Below are positions 24,385 to 34,260 of a stretch of DNA of 64,000 nt, piece after piece. Position 1 is the stretch's first letter. Each line of letters begins with the position of its first letter. A model generated the notes under the pieces. The model had not been told where the DNA came from. It was given only the letters and a program-made list of their open reading frames with translations, and searched no databases. Origin of the DNA: an uncultured Clostridia bacterium (lineage in GTDB: Bacteria; Bacillota; Clostridia; Christensenellales; CAG-917); NCBI GenBank assembly GCA_944372795.1, contig CALWAF010000004.1, forward strand, positions 1,165 through 65,164, given 5' to 3'. The position numbers and the translations under genes are program-made.

Positions 24385-27300
24385 TCATGCCGCGCCGTCC
24401 GCAGAAGTGACCGCTTCCTCGAAAAACGCGATGAGTTTCGCGAGTTTTTCCGTGTTGGAAAGCCCTTTGACGTCAAAGACGAGGGAGGGCGGGACGGTGC
24501 TGGTGAGCACCACGTCCGCGCGGTGCGCCGCCACAGTCTTCATCAGCGTTTCGTCGCCGAACACGCCGGCGTCGGCGAAGAACACCCCCGCGCCGTTGCG
24601 GTTGAGCACCACGCGCGCCGCACCGAATCCGCGGGCGAGATTTTTGAGAAGCGCCACATCCACGAGGTTGACAAGGGCGTCGTCGGGCGGACCGTAGACC
24701 TCCGAGAGTTCGGAGATGACCGCGTTCCTCTCCGCCGCCGTGGCGACGGACGCCATGCGCTTATAGATGCGCAGCTTGTCCCTGCCGCTGACATATCCGT
24801 CGCGGATGTAGGCGGGCACATCCACCTTCATCTCCACTTCGCGCGTTTCCTCCGGTTTTTTGCCCGTGCGCATCTCTTCCACCGCCTCGTTGAGAAGCTC
24901 GATGTACATCTCGTAACCCACGCGCTCGATGTGTCCGTGCTGCTCGGCGCCGAGCAGGGTGCCCGCTCCCCTGATGGAAAGGTCGGAGAGCGCCACGCGG
25001 AACCCGCTGCCTATCTCGGTGTTTTCCATCAGCGCGCGCAGCCTCTTTTCGGCATCGGGAGTCAGCGCCCCGTTCTCGGGCACGGTGAAATAGGCGTGGG
25101 CGAGCACGCCTCTCCTCCCCACTCTGCCGCGCAGCTGATAGAGCTGCGAAAGCCCGAATCTGCCCGAGTCCACCACGATGAGCGTGTTGGCGTCGGGGAG
25201 GTCTATGCCGTTTTCGATGATGGTGGTGGCGACCAACACGTCGAATTTTTTCTCGTAAAACGCCGCGATACGCCTCTCGAGCTCCCCTCCCGTCATCTGC
25301 CCGTGGGCGGTGACGATGCCCGTCTCGTCGGGCAGCATCGCTTTGAGCTTTGCGGCGAAAGGCTCCAGCGCCGCGATGTCGTTGAGCAGGATGAGAGTCT
25401 GTCCTCCCCTCGCGCATTCCCTAGTCACCGCGTCCGCGACGAGCGCGTCGGAATAGGGGATGACGTAGGTCTGCACGGGCAGTCTGCCTCTGGGCGCGGT
25501 CTCAAGGAGCGATATGTCCCTCACGCCCGACAGCGCCATGTTGAGGGTGCGCGGGATGGGCGTCGCGGAAAGGGTGAGCACGTTGACAAGGGGATTGCGG
25601 GCTTTGAGCAACTCCTTGTGCTCCACTCCGAAACGCTGTTCCTCGTCCAGCACCAGCAACCCCAGATTTTTGAATTCCACGCCCTTGGAGAGCACCTTGT
25701 GCGTCGCGATCGCCATATACAGCGTGCCGTCCGCGAGCCGCCTTATCGTTTCGGCGTTTTCGGCGGAACTTTGCAGCCTAGTGAGCAGGGCGCATTCTAT
25801 GCCGAAGGGCTCCAGCCTCTTCACGAGGTTCTCGTGGTGCTGGCGGGCAAGGATGGTGGTGGGAGCGACAAGCACCGCCTGCCGCGCGTCCATCACGGTC
25901 TTGAACATGGCGCGGAAAGCGACCTCCGTCTTGCCGAAGCCGACGTCCCCCACCAGCAGCCTGTCCATGATCTTGCCCTCTTCCATGTCCTTCTTGACGG
26001 CGGCGATGGCTTTGAGCTGATCGGCGGTCTCTTCGTACTCGAAAGCGTCCTCGAACTCCTGCTGCCACACGGTGTCGGGAGCGTAGACGTGCCCCCTCTT
26101 CTTCTCCCTCTCGGCGTAGAGTTTCAGAAGATCGACGGCGAGTTTGCGGACGGACTTTTTCACCTTCTCCTTTTCCCGCGCGAACTCCTTTCCGCCTATC
26201 TTGTTGAGCTTGGGATGTTCCTCGCCGACGAATTTCTGGAGGTTGTCCGTCTGGTCGGTGGCAACGTAAAGGACGTCGCCGTCGCGGTAGCGGATGACGA
26301 CGTATTCCTTCTCGAACTCCCCCGCCTTCATTATGGTGGTGCCTTCGCACAAACCTATGCCGTGCACACGATGCACCACATAATCACCCGCTTTCGGTGC
26401 GGTAAACTGCGTTTTCGGCAAACTGATGCCGCTTCCGCGCCGTTTGCCCACACACTCCGAAACGCCTATGACGGCGAGTTTTTCCGCGGGATAGACAAAG
26501 CCCGTTTCGATGGAGAGCGGGGTGACCAGCACGGATGCCGCGCCCTCTCCGTCTGCGGAATACTCCGAGCCGACGTCCTGTTGCGCGAGGCTCTCCCGCA
26601 CGCTCTTTGCCCGCTCGGGCGAACCCGTCGCGATGAGCACCTTGAACCCGCTCAATACGAAGTTTTTAAGGTCCTGCCCTATGCTGTCGGGCGCAAGGTA
26701 ATACTTGGTCACGGGACGGGTCTTGGGGGTGAGCAGCTTGGTGGGCGAGAAGAGGGGGTTGCCCAGCTCCAGCGCGGTGAAAGACACCTTGCGCGCGAGC
26801 ATTATCCTGCGCCTGACCTCGCTAGGCACAAAGAGGGCGTCCGAGTGCTCCGGGAGGATCTCCCCCGCATTCGCGAGAGGCTCTATCCTTCCCCTGAATT
26901 CCTTGGTGAGGATGTCTATCTTGTCCGCTATGATCTTGGGCTCGTCGAAGACGACCACGGGCGGGATGCCCGCGGACGAGTCGCCGAAACAATCGAAAAG
27001 GAATGAGGTGTTGTCCTCCGAAAACACCAGCGCCCACGCGAGTTCTGCGGGAGCGGCGCCCGCCCTCACCCTGTCCGAAAGGGAGGCGGCGACGGGATTG
27101 CCGCCGTGCGCCGAGAGCGCAGCGCGCACCCTCTCCGCATCCTTTCGGGAAAAGAGCACGTCCGTCGCGGGATAGACCGTGATCGCCTCCCGCTCGTCCA
27201 CCGAAAGCATGCTGGAGAGGTCTATGCTCTTGATGCTCTCTATTATCTCGTCAAAAAAGTTGATGCGGTAGGCTCCGCTCACCGTGCAGACGTCGAGGAT

Positions 27301-27837
27301 GTCGCCGCGCAGGGCGAATTCGCCGGGTTCGGACGCCATGTCCCTCCCCGAGTAGCCCGCCGCGGCGAGCCTGTCCGCCGCCTCCTGCGGGGTGAGGGTG
27401 CCGCCCTCTTCAAAGCGGACGGTGAACTCGCGCACCACGTCGGGGCGCGGGAATTTCTGCAAAAGAGCGTCCGCGCAAACGACTGCGACGTCCGCCTCTC
27501 CGCACGCCAGCTTCCCGAGAGCCGCCGCGCGCTCCATGGCGTTCTTTGCCGAATACGCCGCCCTGCACATGAGCACGTCATCGCGATGTGAGAGGAACAC
27601 CGCACGCACACCGGGGAAGGACGAAAGGCGGGAAAACACGCTCCTTGCCGCAGGCGGATCGGGAGCCACGTATATCCTCTTTGCGGGGATCGCCGCCGCA
27701 AGATGCGCCTTTGCCCCGTCCGTCACCCGCACCACGGACACCGCCGAAAGCTCGCCGGGAAGGCGCGCGGAACCCAGCTGCGCAAGGCAGCTTATCCCCT
27801 CCCCCATATGGCTTATGTTCAGGATGTCCGGCTTCAT
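24385..27837 (-). CDS. mfd: Transcription-repair coupling factor
   Basis: The product is 1150 aa. It has DVGFGKTEVA (Walker A), VLDEEQRFGV, and helicase C motifs QLRGRVGR. It lies next to pth, as is typical for Firmicutes. Confidence 0.97.
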   Translation of the reverse strand: MKPDILNISHMGEGISCLAQLGSARLPGELSAVSVVRVTDGAKAHLAAAIPAKRIYVAPDPPAARSVFSRLSSFPGVRAVFLSHRDDVLMCRAAYSAKNAMERAAALGKLACGEADVAVVCADALLQKFPRPDVVREFTVRFEEGGTLTPQEAADRLAAAGYSGRDMASEPGEFALRGDILDVCTVSGAYRINFFDEIIESIKSIDLSSMLSVDEREAITVYPATDVLFSRKDAERVRAALSAHGGNPVAASLSDRVRAGAAPAELAWALVFSEDNTSFLFDCFGDSSAGIPPVVVFDEPKIIADKIDILTKEFRGRIEPLANAGEILPEHSDALFVPSEVRRRIMLARKVSFTALELGNPLFSPTKLLTPKTRPVTKYYLAPDSIGQDLKNFVLSGFKVLIATGSPERAKSVRESLAQQDVGSEYSADGEGAASVLVTPLSIETGFVYPAEKLAVIGVSECVGKRRGSGISLPKTQFTAPKAGDYVVHRVHGIGLCEGTTIMKAGEFEKEYVVIRYRDGDVLYVATDQTDNLQKFVGEEHPKLNKIGGKEFAREKEKVKKSVRKLAVDLLKLYAEREKKRGHVYAPDTVWQQEFEDAFEYEETADQLKAIAAVKKDMEEGKIMDRLLVGDVGFGKTEVAFRAMFKTVMDARQAVLVAPTTILARQHHENLVKRLEPFGIECALLTRLQSSAENAETIRRLADGTLYMAIATHKVLSKGVEFKNLGLLVLDEEQRFGVEHKELLKARNPLVNVLTLSATPIPRTLNMALSGVRDISLLETAPRGRLPVQTYVIPYSDALVADAVTRECARGGQTLILLNDIAALEPFAAKLKAMLPDETGIVTAHGQMTGGELERRIAAFYEKKFDVLVATTIIENGIDLPDANTLIVVDSGRFGLSQLYQLRGRVGRRGVLAHAYFTVPENGALTPDAEKRLRALMENTEIGSGFRVALSDLSIRGAGTLLGAEQHGHIERVGYEMYIELLNEAVEEMRTGKKPEETREVEMKVDVPAYIRDGYVSGRDKLRIYKRMASVATAAERNAVISELSEVYGPPDDALVNLVDVALLKNLARGFGAARVVLNRNGAGVFFADAGVFGDETLMKTVAAHRADVVLTSTVPPSLVFDVKGLSNTEKLAKLIAFFEEAVTSADGAA

Positions 27838-28412
27838 TTTCTGCGGTTGAGCCTTTCCTCTATGCGTTGTATATCTTCACCTGCGATGAGGCGCAGTATG
27901 GCGTCCGCACCCTCGTCGATGCACCGCTCTATGGCAGGCTTGTCGGCGTAATCGACCTTTGAAAGCACCAGATCGACAATGTCAACTTCCTTTTGCGCGA
28001 GTTCTTCCGTTTTGATGCCTATGCGCAGACGCTTGAAAGACGTGTCGTTGAGCTCCGACACTATGCTGCGCATCCCGTTGTGCGTGCCGGCGGAGCCTTC
28101 CTCGCGGAAGCGCATCCTCCCCACGGGAAGATCGGCGTCGTCGTACACCACGATGAGCTCCTCCGTGGAGTCGCAGTACTTGCGCACGAGCTGCTTCACG
28201 CTCTCCCCCGAAAGGTTCATGAAGGTCTGCGGCTTGGCAACGACAAACTGCACTCCCCCCGATCTTCCCTTGGCGGTGAGTGCGGCGCATTCCTTGCCCG
28301 TGAAGCGGAGCTTGCATTTTTTCGCAAGCGCGTCCGCGGTCATGAAACCGATGTTGTGATAAGTGTTGCGATAGCGTGTACCGGGGTTGCCCAGCCCTAC
28401 CACGACGTACAT
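27834..28412 (-). CDS. pth: Peptidyl-tRNA hydrolase
   Basis: MYVVVGLGNPGTRYRNTYHNIGFM...GTHNGMRSI. The stop overlaps the mfd start (ATGA). Confidence 0.96.
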   Translation of the reverse strand: MYVVVGLGNPGTRYRNTYHNIGFMTADALAKKCKLRFTGKECAALTAKGRSGGVQFVVAKPQTFMNLSGESVKQLVRKYCDSTEELIVVYDDADLPVGRMRFREEGSAGTHNGMRSIVSELNDTSFKRLRIGIKTEELAQKEVDIVDLVLSKVDYADKPAIERCIDEGADAILRLIAGEDIQRIEERLNRRK

Positions 28413-28434
28413 ATGACCTCCCGCGACGGGGAGG

Positions 28435-29469
28435 TCACCTCTCCGTCTGTGAAGCGTTGTCTTTTTCTCTCTTTCTCGGCTTTGCCGTCTGACGGCTGCG
28501 CCCTATGACGAAAGCGTCCTCGGGGACGTCCTCCGTGACGGTGGTGCCCGCCGCGACGAAAGCGCCGTCCCCCACGCTCACGGGAGCGACGAGGTTGACG
28601 TTCGCGCCTATGAAGCACTCCTTGCCCACGGCGGTGCGGTGCTTCAGCCTGCCGTCGTAGTTGCAGAACACCGTGCCGCAGCCGATGTTGGTGCGCTCCC
28701 CCACCTCGGCATCGCCGATGTAGGCGAGATGCGCGCTCTTCGCGCCGTCGCCGAAGCGGGAGTTCTTGATCTCCACAAAGTCGCCGACGCGGCAGCCCTC
28801 GCCCACGTCCGCGCCGCGCAGTCGGGCAAAAGGCCCTATCTCGCTCCGCGCGCCCACGCGCGTGTCCGCAAGGTGCGACATCAACACTCTCGCCCCGCGC
28901 GCGATCACACAATCTTTGAGAAAGGAGCCCTCTATCCTCGCACCTTCCTCCACGCGGGTCGCGCCTTCTATCCTGCAAAAGGGCATAAGTTCAGCCCCCG
29001 GAAGCACTTCCGCGGTGTCGTCGACTGCGGTGCTCGCAAAGTCCGCGATGAGAACGCCTGCGTCCGCAAGGCGGCGGAGCACCCTTTGTTTGAGTTCATT
29101 ATACACCAAAGGGAAACTTTTTGCATCACTTACTTTGACAAAGTGCGGCGAGGTGAGAAAATAGCCCGTCCTGCCGCCCTCGGCGCGCACGAGTTTCGCC
29201 CCCGTATCCCCGTCGCCGAGGACGAGCTCGGAGAGTTTGTGCTTCTTCATACACTCCGCCGCCCTCTCCACGTCCTCCGCCGTGACGAGCGGCATGTCGA
29301 GGGGTATGATGGCAAAGACGGTCTCCCCGTCCGTGACGGGGGTCTCCCCCGCCTCCGCGCACTGCGTGTCGTAGGCGGCAAATTCCCTCGCGAGATATTC
29401 CTCCGAGCTCCTTCCCAAAATGCGCACCGACGAGTGCGCGCTCTTTGCAAACACTATCTTCACTTCCAT
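28435..29469 (-). CDS. GlmU-like protein: intact left-handed beta-helix acetyltransferase domain with a short, degenerate N-terminal nucleotidyltransferase-like domain (344 aa)
   Basis: The ATG at 29469 has a GGAGG RBS. The C-terminal hexapeptide region ..[54 protein letters not shown].. matches GlmU. The N-terminus [21 protein letters not shown] lacks the LAAGxGTRM motif. Confidence 0.7.
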   Translation of the reverse strand: MEVKIVFAKSAHSSVRILGRSSEEYLAREFAAYDTQCAEAGETPVTDGETVFAIIPLDMPLVTAEDVERAAECMKKHKLSELVLGDGDTGAKLVRAEGGRTGYFLTSPHFVKVSDAKSFPLVYNELKQRVLRRLADAGVLIADFASTAVDDTAEVLPGAELMPFCRIEGATRVEEGARIEGSFLKDCVIARGARVLMSHLADTRVGARSEIGPFARLRGADVGEGCRVGDFVEIKNSRFGDGAKSAHLAYIGDAEVGERTNIGCGTVFCNYDGRLKHRTAVGKECFIGANVNLVAPVSVGDGAFVAAGTTVTEDVPEDAFVIGRSRQTAKPRKREKDNASQTER

Positions 29470-29720
29470 GTCGGCCTCCGAATGTTTTCTTATCACTATA
29501 TGCAATGCGGGACGGAAATAGCACATGCCGATCCGCCCGCCCCCTACGCCCGTGCCCGCGCGACACCGCATCATATCCTCGCCCGCCCTCTCCGCCGGTG
29601 CCCGCACGGCGCCAGCATTACACGCGCAATACCCCCGCGTTTCGCACGCACAGTGCCCGCAACATACCCACAAGTTATCCGCGTTGCACACGCACAGTGT
29701 CCCGCCATCGAGCGATATCC

Positions 29721-29750
29721 AAAAGGGCGCGGAGGATATCCTCCGCGCCC
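29721..29750 (-). terminator. Intrinsic terminator after the small lipoprotein gene
   Basis: A perfect palindrome GGGCGCGGAGGAT/ATCCTCCGCGCCC is followed on the minus strand by TTTT. Confidence 0.7.
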
Positions 29751-29789
29751 GCCTTCCCCCGCCGAAAGACGGGGATGCCGACCGAGACG

Positions 29790-30008
29790 TCACACCGCCC
29801 TCGGATCGGCGGAGACGCCCTCTCCCTCCGTGCCTGCCTCTGCGGCAAACTCCGCCGCCTGCCCGTCCGTTGCCTCGGACGGGCTCTCGCCCACCGCATC
29901 GTAATCGACGACGACGGGCACGTAAGGCAGCCCGAGCGCGCACGCGATGAGCGATGCGACGACGGAAAGCACGGTGACGACAATGAAAACGATCTTTTTC
30001 CTGTCCAT
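29790..30008 (-). CDS. Small predicted lipoprotein or membrane-anchored acidic protein (72 aa)
   Basis: The start is ATG with an AAGGAGA RBS. The product [23 protein letters not shown] has a lipobox, and the gene has its own terminator 40 nt downstream. Confidence 0.55.
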   Translation of the reverse strand: MDRKKIVFIVVTVLSVVASLIACALGLPYVPVVVDYDAVGESPSEATDGQAAEFAAEAGTEGEGVSADPRAV

Positions 30009-30138
30009 GGTTTGCTGTCTCCTTCTGCGTATTTGCGCGGGCGGAGGACAGCCGCGGTCGGCATCTACACCCTAAACCGCGCAGGGCGGGAAAATCAAAT
30101 TTTTATGTCGAGGCTTCGCCTCCCGCCCCGCTTCCCCG

Positions 30139-30172
30139 AAAAAAGACCCTGCCGCATAAACGGAGGGTCTTT
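30139..30172 (-). terminator. Intrinsic terminator after tadA
   Basis: The minus strand reads AAGACCCTCCG-tttat-GCGGCAGGGTCTT followed by TTTTTC. Confidence 0.6.
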
Positions 30173-30223
30173 GCGAAACTCGGCTTTTATCCGACGCTTT
30201 AATTGTTTTAACGCGTCTTTTGG

Positions 30224-30715
30224 CTAGTTGCCCCTTTCGGGCTCTTCCTTCTTCTTTGCCCGTTTGCTCTTGAAAAACTCCGAGAGCAGAGCCGCGCATT
30301 CCTCGCGGAGCACCCCTCCCGTGACCTCGATGTCGTGGTTGAAAAGTCCCGCCTTGAAGAGGTCTACGCGGCTGCCCGCAGCGCCGCTCTTCGGGTCGTA
30401 AGCGCCGAAGACCAGCCTGCGCACACGCGCGTTTATCATGGCACCCGCGCACATGGGACAGGGCTCCAAAGTGACGTAGACGTCGCAGTTTTCCAGCCAC
30501 CAATTCCCTAGCTTCCCCGCCGCGCTCTCCAGCGCAACGATCTCGGCGTGTCGCACGGCGTTCAGTTCCCTCTCCTTGCGGTTCGCCCCTTCCGCGACGA
30601 TGACGCCGTCAAGGACGACGACGGCACCCACGGGCACTTCGTCCGCCTCCGCGCACTCCGCGGCAAGCTCCAGCGCCCGTCTCATGAATCTTTCGTCCGC
30701 AGTGTTGTCGTGCAT
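30224..30715 (-). CDS. tadA: tRNA-specific adenosine deaminase
   Basis: The ATG at 30715 has a GGGGAGGAG RBS. It carries the CDA zinc motifs HAE (VRHAEIVAL) and PCPMCAGA. Confidence 0.93.
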   Translation of the reverse strand: MHDNTADERFMRRALELAAECAEADEVPVGAVVVLDGVIVAEGANRKERELNAVRHAEIVALESAAGKLGNWWLENCDVYVTLEPCPMCAGAMINARVRRLVFGAYDPKSGAAGSRVDLFKAGLFNHDIEVTGGVLREECAALLSEFFKSKRAKKKEEPERGN

Positions 30716-30774
30716 ATCTCCTCCCCGAAAAAGTTTCGCGTCGGCACATCCCGCCGCCCGTTTTCCGTCCGCGT

Positions 30775-31236
30775 TCACTTATGATAGGGCGTGCCCGCGT
30801 TTATGGCGAGCGCGCGGTATATCTGCTCCGCGAGCATGACTCGGAAGAGCTGGTGCGGGAATGTCATCGCGCCGAAGGATACCACGGCATCCGCCTCTTT
30901 AAGCGCGCGATCCGAAAGCCCGTGACTGCCTCCGATGAGGAAGGAAAACTCCGAGACGCCCGCCGCGCATCTCTCTGCGACGAAGCGCGCGAGTTCCTCG
31001 CTGGACAGTTTCTTCCCCCTGCCGTCCAGCGCCACGACGCACCCCTTTGCCTTGGCGAGCAGCGCGGAGGTCTCGATCTCCCTCTGTTCCTCGGGGGACT
31101 TGGCGGGCGGCGCGGGCTGTATCTCCGTCACGGAAAATGCGGCGTAGACGGAGATGCGCTTGGCGTATTCCGCAACGGCGTCCGCAAAAAATTTTTCTTT
31201 CAGTCTGCCCACAGCCACGATGTCCACTTTCACCAT
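30775..31236 (-). CDS. rlmH: 23S rRNA (pseudouridine1915-N3)-methyltransferase
   Basis: A 153-aa SPOUT protein: MVKVDIVAVGRLKEKFF..., FLIGGSHGLS, MTFPHQLFRVMLAEQIYRA. Confidence 0.93.
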   Translation of the reverse strand: MVKVDIVAVGRLKEKFFADAVAEYAKRISVYAAFSVTEIQPAPPAKSPEEQREIETSALLAKAKGCVVALDGRGKKLSSEELARFVAERCAAGVSEFSFLIGGSHGLSDRALKEADAVVSFGAMTFPHQLFRVMLAEQIYRALAINAGTPYHK

Positions 31237-31248
31237 ATCTCTCCCCTC

Positions 31249-32208
31249 CTACAGATAGCCCCACGAGAGGCTGAACAGCATTGCCGCGACGCCTATGCCC
31301 GTCACCGTCCAAAGGAGGACGTCGCGGTGCAGCGGCAGCGCGCCTTCCGCAGCCGAAAAGAAGGGCGCTGCGGGCAGCCTGCCCTCCCGCACCGCATCAT
31401 AGCGCATCCTGCGCAGCACGACCGCGATGAGCAGCGCGGACGCTACGGCGAGGACGCACAACACCGCCATGCCGGGCACGGTGCCGTAGAGCCACGAAGT
31501 TGCGTCGCCTATCACTCCGAAGACGGGCACCAGCCCGTCGTAGCCGGAGATGACACTGACGAAATTGTTGAAGAAGTGCACCAGCATCGCGGGCAGCACC
31601 GACCCGGAGCACCACACCACGGCGGCGAGCACCGCGCCGAGCAGAAGGGTGTGCGCAAGTTGCAGTATGTTCTGATGCATGAGCGCGAAAAGCAGCGCGG
31701 AGACCAACACCGCCTTGCCGCCGCTGTCGCGATAGGTCGCGATGAGTTTCCCGCGGTGCACCAGTTCCTCGAAGACGGCGGGGAGCACGGCGGAGAGCAC
31801 GATGTCCGATATGAGGGAGGGGACGGTCTGCACCGTAGACGACGAACCGCCCGTGTCAAAGCCCGTGAGGGAGAGGAAATTGTACCACGCGTTTGCGGCA
31901 AGTCCCGTGAGCAAAAGGGCGGGGAGCGTGATGACGAGCACACGTCCCAAATCGCGCTTTGAGCACTTTACGATGCCGAAAGTGCGCGGTAATGTGCGCA
32001 ATGCGTCTTTTCGTGCGCCGCCGACGATGATCCACCAGCCGAGGACGGGCAAGAGCCCGAAGCACCCTATCTGCACCGAAAGCGTGAAGATGATGCCGAT
32101 GTCGATGCCTAGTGCGTCGTCGATGCCGACGTACTGCGAAATGCGCACGACCAGCGTCATCGCGATGACGAGGAAGTAGACGACGCCTCCCCCGCAGCGC
32201 GGTTTCAT
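31249..32208 (-). CDS. CPBP-family intramembrane glutamic endopeptidase (CAAX protease-like), paralog 1
   Basis: The motifs are EELVHRG, FALMH and HFFNN. The start ATG overlaps the upstream stop (ATGA). Confidence 0.85.
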   Translation of the reverse strand: MKPRCGGGVVYFLVIAMTLVVRISQYVGIDDALGIDIGIIFTLSVQIGCFGLLPVLGWWIIVGGARKDALRTLPRTFGIVKCSKRDLGRVLVITLPALLLTGLAANAWYNFLSLTGFDTGGSSSTVQTVPSLISDIVLSAVLPAVFEELVHRGKLIATYRDSGGKAVLVSALLFALMHQNILQLAHTLLLGAVLAAVVWCSGSVLPAMLVHFFNNFVSVISGYDGLVPVFGVIGDATSWLYGTVPGMAVLCVLAVASALLIAVVLRRMRYDAVREGRLPAAPFFSAAEGALPLHRDVLLWTVTGIGVAAMLFSLSWGYL

Positions 32209-33317
32209 AACGCCAACCCCATGATGAGGGAGATCAGCCAATATGCCGCGGCGAGCCCCACTGCGATCCACACGCCGAACATGGGCTGTTGTTTGCCCAC
32301 ATACTGCACGTCGCAGGCGAGGAAGAGTTCTCTCTCCACCCTCTGCCAACCGCGTTTGGTGAAGAGGGAGCCGACAAAGCGGAAGGCGTCTTTCACGGGA
32401 GCCATGCGGTCGCGCCCGTGCGCTCCGTCGCCGTCGGCGTACGCCGTGATGGTATATTCCTCGAATACGACGCCTCCCGAAACGACCTTATAGCCGCCGT
32501 TATCCTTGGGTTTGCCGAGACGGTAGTAGGCGTACAGCAGCAGCACGAGGGCGAGGGTGCCGACCACGAAACTCACCGTGCCCGTCAACCAATTGTAGGC
32601 GCCGAGGGAGGCTATCGCGGCGTCTATCTCGGGGATGTACGCCGTCATGAGCAGGGAGAAGAAGTTGTTGAGGAAGTGCACCGCCACGCAGGGCACGAGG
32701 GAGCCCGACAGCATGAAGAGGATGGCGAGCACCGCTCCGAAACAGAATTGATAACCCGTCTGCAACGGATTCGCGTGCATGAGGGAGAAAAGCAGCGCGG
32801 AGATGAACACTCCGAACACCGCGCCCCTAGACGCGAGCCCCGGGAGCACGTTGCCGCGCATGAGGAGTTCCTCGCCGAGGGCGGGCAGCACTCCCAGCAC
32901 GAACAGGGAGAGGAAGAACACTCCCACGTTGTCGTAAGAGATCTGCCCCGCAGAGATGCCGCCCACATAGCCTATCGCTCCGAAGAAGGTCTGGAAAAGC
33001 ATGGACACGGGCAGGAAGGCGACGATCGCCGCGACGGAGACGGGCAGAAGCAGAAGATAGCGCCTCGGATCTTTCATGGGGCGCAGTTTCGCTACGGCGG
33101 GCAGGTCGTAGCGCCGCCACAGCGAGAAGAGCCACACAACGAGGACTATCGCCACCTGTGTCACGGCGTAGTTGACCCATGTGGAAACGGATATGCCCGC
33201 GAACGCGCCGCCCACGTTCCCCATGGCGTAATAAAAGACGTTGGAGAGGATGGAGATGCCGCACAGCGCGAAGAGATAAAGGCTGCCGCTCTCACCTGCC
33301 AGAAGATTTCTTCTCAT
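32205..33317 (-). CDS. CPBP-family intramembrane glutamic endopeptidase, paralog 2, with a C-terminal extension
   Basis: The motifs are EELLMRG, FSLMH and HFLNN. The ATG at 33317 overlaps the upstream stop (ATGA). Confidence 0.85.
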   Translation of the reverse strand: MRRNLLAGESGSLYLFALCGISILSNVFYYAMGNVGGAFAGISVSTWVNYAVTQVAIVLVVWLFSLWRRYDLPAVAKLRPMKDPRRYLLLLPVSVAAIVAFLPVSMLFQTFFGAIGYVGGISAGQISYDNVGVFFLSLFVLGVLPALGEELLMRGNVLPGLASRGAVFGVFISALLFSLMHANPLQTGYQFCFGAVLAILFMLSGSLVPCVAVHFLNNFFSLLMTAYIPEIDAAIASLGAYNWLTGTVSFVVGTLALVLLLYAYYRLGKPKDNGGYKVVSGGVVFEEYTITAYADGDGAHGRDRMAPVKDAFRFVGSLFTKRGWQRVERELFLACDVQYVGKQQPMFGVWIAVGLAAAYWLISLIMGLAL

Positions 33318-34096
33318 TTGACCTCGTAGACCGCGCTTGCACAGTGCTGCCCTGCCACGGCGACCGCGATGTCGGAGCACCCCCTAGACCGCAGTCTGCC
33401 CCCGACGGCGCCCAATGCAAGCTCCGGGAGATTGTTGTTTTCGCTTAAATGTCCTAGCAGCATGGTCCTGACCGCAGAGCCCACCAACCTTTCGGCGAAC
33501 AGCGCCGTCATATCGTTGCTGAGATGCCCCATATCGCCGAGTATCCTGCGCTTCAACGCCTCGGGATAGGAGCCGCCGCGCAGCATATCGACGTCGTGGT
33601 TCGCCTCGATGAGCACCGCCTCGCTCTCGCGGATGTTGTTGTACACCCCGACGGTGGGTCTGCCCATATCCGTCGCGACGCTCACCTGCGCCCCCGACTT
33701 CACCCTGAACGAGTAGCCGAGAGGATATGCCGCGTCGTGCGGGATCCTGAACGGGATGACTTCGATGTCGCCGATGGTGAAACCGCCCTCGTAAAAATCC
33801 ACTTCCGTATAGCCCGAAAGCTCCCCCTGCCGTGCTACGATCGCCTGCGCCGTCTTCGGATGCGCGAAGATGCGGGTGTCGCGGCCGAGGCGCGGGAGCG
33901 CCGCGATATGGTCGGTGTGCTCGTGCGTGATCACGACGCCGTCCAGCTTTGCGGTGTTGAGCCCGAACTTGCGAAGCTCTTCGTTCAGGCGGGTGTAAGA
34001 CACCCCCGCATCGACGAGGATGGCGGTGTCGTCGGAGAACACCAATGTGGAATTTCCTTTGCTGCCGCTTGCGAGCGACACTATGCTGACAGACAT
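33314..34096 (-). CDS. MBL-fold metallo-hydrolase (YycJ/WalJ-like)
   Basis: MSVSIVSLASGSKGNSTLV.., with the HEHTDH zinc motif, 260 aa. Its position upstream of rlmH matches the Firmicutes walJ...rlmH order. Confidence 0.88.
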   Translation of the reverse strand: MSVSIVSLASGSKGNSTLVFSDDTAILVDAGVSYTRLNEELRKFGLNTAKLDGVVITHEHTDHIAALPRLGRDTRIFAHPKTAQAIVARQGELSGYTEVDFYEGGFTIGDIEVIPFRIPHDAAYPLGYSFRVKSGAQVSVATDMGRPTVGVYNNIRESEAVLIEANHDVDMLRGGSYPEALKRRILGDMGHLSNDMTALFAERLVGSAVRTMLLGHLSENNNLPELALGAVGGRLRSRGCSDIAVAVAGQHCASAVYEVK

Positions 34097-34216
34097 TGCA
34101 CTTCGATTATATCCCGTCGGAGTTTACTATTCATTAAAAACCGACGTCATTTTGAAAATTCCGTGATTTTTCTTTCGCGGGTGCCGCAGTAAGACGCTCG
34201 GGACGCCTCGCGGCTC

Positions 34217-34245
34217 AAAAAAGAGGCGCTCCGCAGAGCGCCTCT
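34217..34245 (-). terminator. Intrinsic terminator ending the zinc-ribbon operon
   Basis: The minus strand reads AGAGGCGCTC-tgcg-GAGCGCCTCT followed by TTTTTT. Confidence 0.8.
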
Positions 34246-34260
34246 CGGTCGGACGTTGTT

